A stretch of DNA of 64,000 nt from Tubulanus polymorphus. Lineage: Eukaryota; Animalia; Nemertea. This document shows, piece by piece, positions 63,055 through 64,000 of the stretch (the first letter of the stretch is position 1; each line of letters opens with the position of its first letter). Location: the NCBI RefSeq assembly GCF_964204645.1, contig NC_134030.1, positions 11,739,947-11,803,946 on the forward strand, in the 5' to 3' direction. A model generated the notes under the pieces. The model was given only the letters and a program-made list of their open reading frames with translations, made no database searches and was not told where the DNA came from. Made by a program: the position numbers and the translations under genes.

Positions 63055-63390
63055 TATATATTTACTGCAGTTAGTCCTGTATGTCTTTTTTATCGCAATT
63101 TACTGTGGTTTATTCCTGTTTGTCCTGTATGTCTTTGTGATCGCGATCGCAATTCATTGGTTGCATTGTTTACTGTTAGTCCTGTATGTCTATCGCAATT
63201 AAGTTAGTCCTGTATGTCCTGTATGTCTTAGTTAATCGCAATTCATTGGTTGAATTGTCTACTGTTAAAGCTGTATGTTCTGTATCTCTATCGCAATTTC
63301 ATTGGTTGCATTGTTTACTGTTAAAGCTGTATGTTCTGTATCTCTATCGCAATTTCATTGGTTGAATTGTTAACAGACCTCTGTATGTAC
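63055..63390 (+). repeat. Degenerate ~56-bp tandem repeat
   Basis: ATCGCAATTCATTGGTTGCATTGTTTACTGTTAAAGCTGTATG units. Confidence 0.75.
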
Positions 63391-63521
63391 ATGTAAAAAT
63401 AATTAAGGTTCTGACAACAGGTTTGTAAAGTAATCAGCTATCTGTTTTGTCTATCGTTGCTTAAATTGTTAACTGTTGTTTTAGAGTTCTGTATGTCTTT
63501 GTCGATCATTTTGTCTGCACT

Positions 63522-63763
63522 CAGGGGCGGATCCAGCATTTTGAAGGGGGGGGGGGCAAATGAAAGCAACAACAGATGGCTATAAGCCATTCCAGAGCAA
63601 GCACCGATAACGCGAAGACCCTCCCTAAAAAATTTTTGGAAAAATAGATGCAAGCAGGTGCATTCTGAGCATTACTCAATAGAAAGATTTCATTCGGTTT
63701 TTAGTCAGTAACGCATAGATTTGCGGCTACATCGGTAAAAATAGAGGGTCGGATCCGCCACTG
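63522..63763. mobile_element. CAGGGGCGGATCC-type MITE
   Basis: TIR CAG(G/T)GGCGGATCC; no clear TSD. Confidence 0.65.
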
Positions 63764-64000
63764 AATAGCTATTGTTTTGTGTAGGATTGTATCTGTGAAT
63801 TAAGTAAAGTTACTTACTCCAGTCTGATGTTATTGCTTATTGCTCGTATTTTATTGTTTTAAGTGTGCGAATATTTTTCCTAGATTTATGGAGATCAGGA
63901 TGACGAGGGTTCAATTTGAACCAACAAATAAACAAAAACATTCAAACCTCAAATTAATCCGTTTACTTGTCTTTATTTTTGGGGAACATTTTTTACCTAG

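Overview
Eukaryotic, AT-rich, TE-dense genomic DNA from an invertebrate. The HINE/Helentron repeats with AAGGTCAAGGTCA units and the Academ, Sola, hAT and CMC elements suggest a lophotrochozoan such as a mollusc (inference). The only intact host gene I recognise is a complete 15-exon GPR89/GPHR (Golgi pH regulator) on the minus strand (ATG 58068, stop 33850, about 462 aa). The ORF track misses most of it; I rebuilt it exon by exon from GT-AG junctions. Most other annotated features are nested mobile DNA: Gypsy and BEL/Pao LTR remnants, a full Tigger/pogo, two hAT transposases, a 9.1-kb CMC/EnSpm derivative, AcademH-like, Merlin-like, MULE-like, PIF and pogo MITEs, and many HINEs. Most notable: (i) a very AT-rich, intronless, virus-like gene cluster (decayed HNH endonuclease of giant-virus/Polinton type, C2H2 and TM micro-ORFs, AATAAATG starts) with an inverted paralog at the window start; (ii) a Sola1-type transposase remnant directly behind a Ulp1/SUMO-protease ORF; (iii) an extra zinc-finger ORF downstream of a Gypsy integrase, hidden by a Tigger insertion; (iv) three CAG-ended hAT-like elements with 6-bp instead of 8-bp TSDs; (v) a Penelope-type minimal hammerhead ribozyme in the sense of the GPR89 pre-mRNA; (vi) inverted AcademH MITEs flanking GPR89 exon 2. 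All family assignments come from recalled motifs, not database searches.
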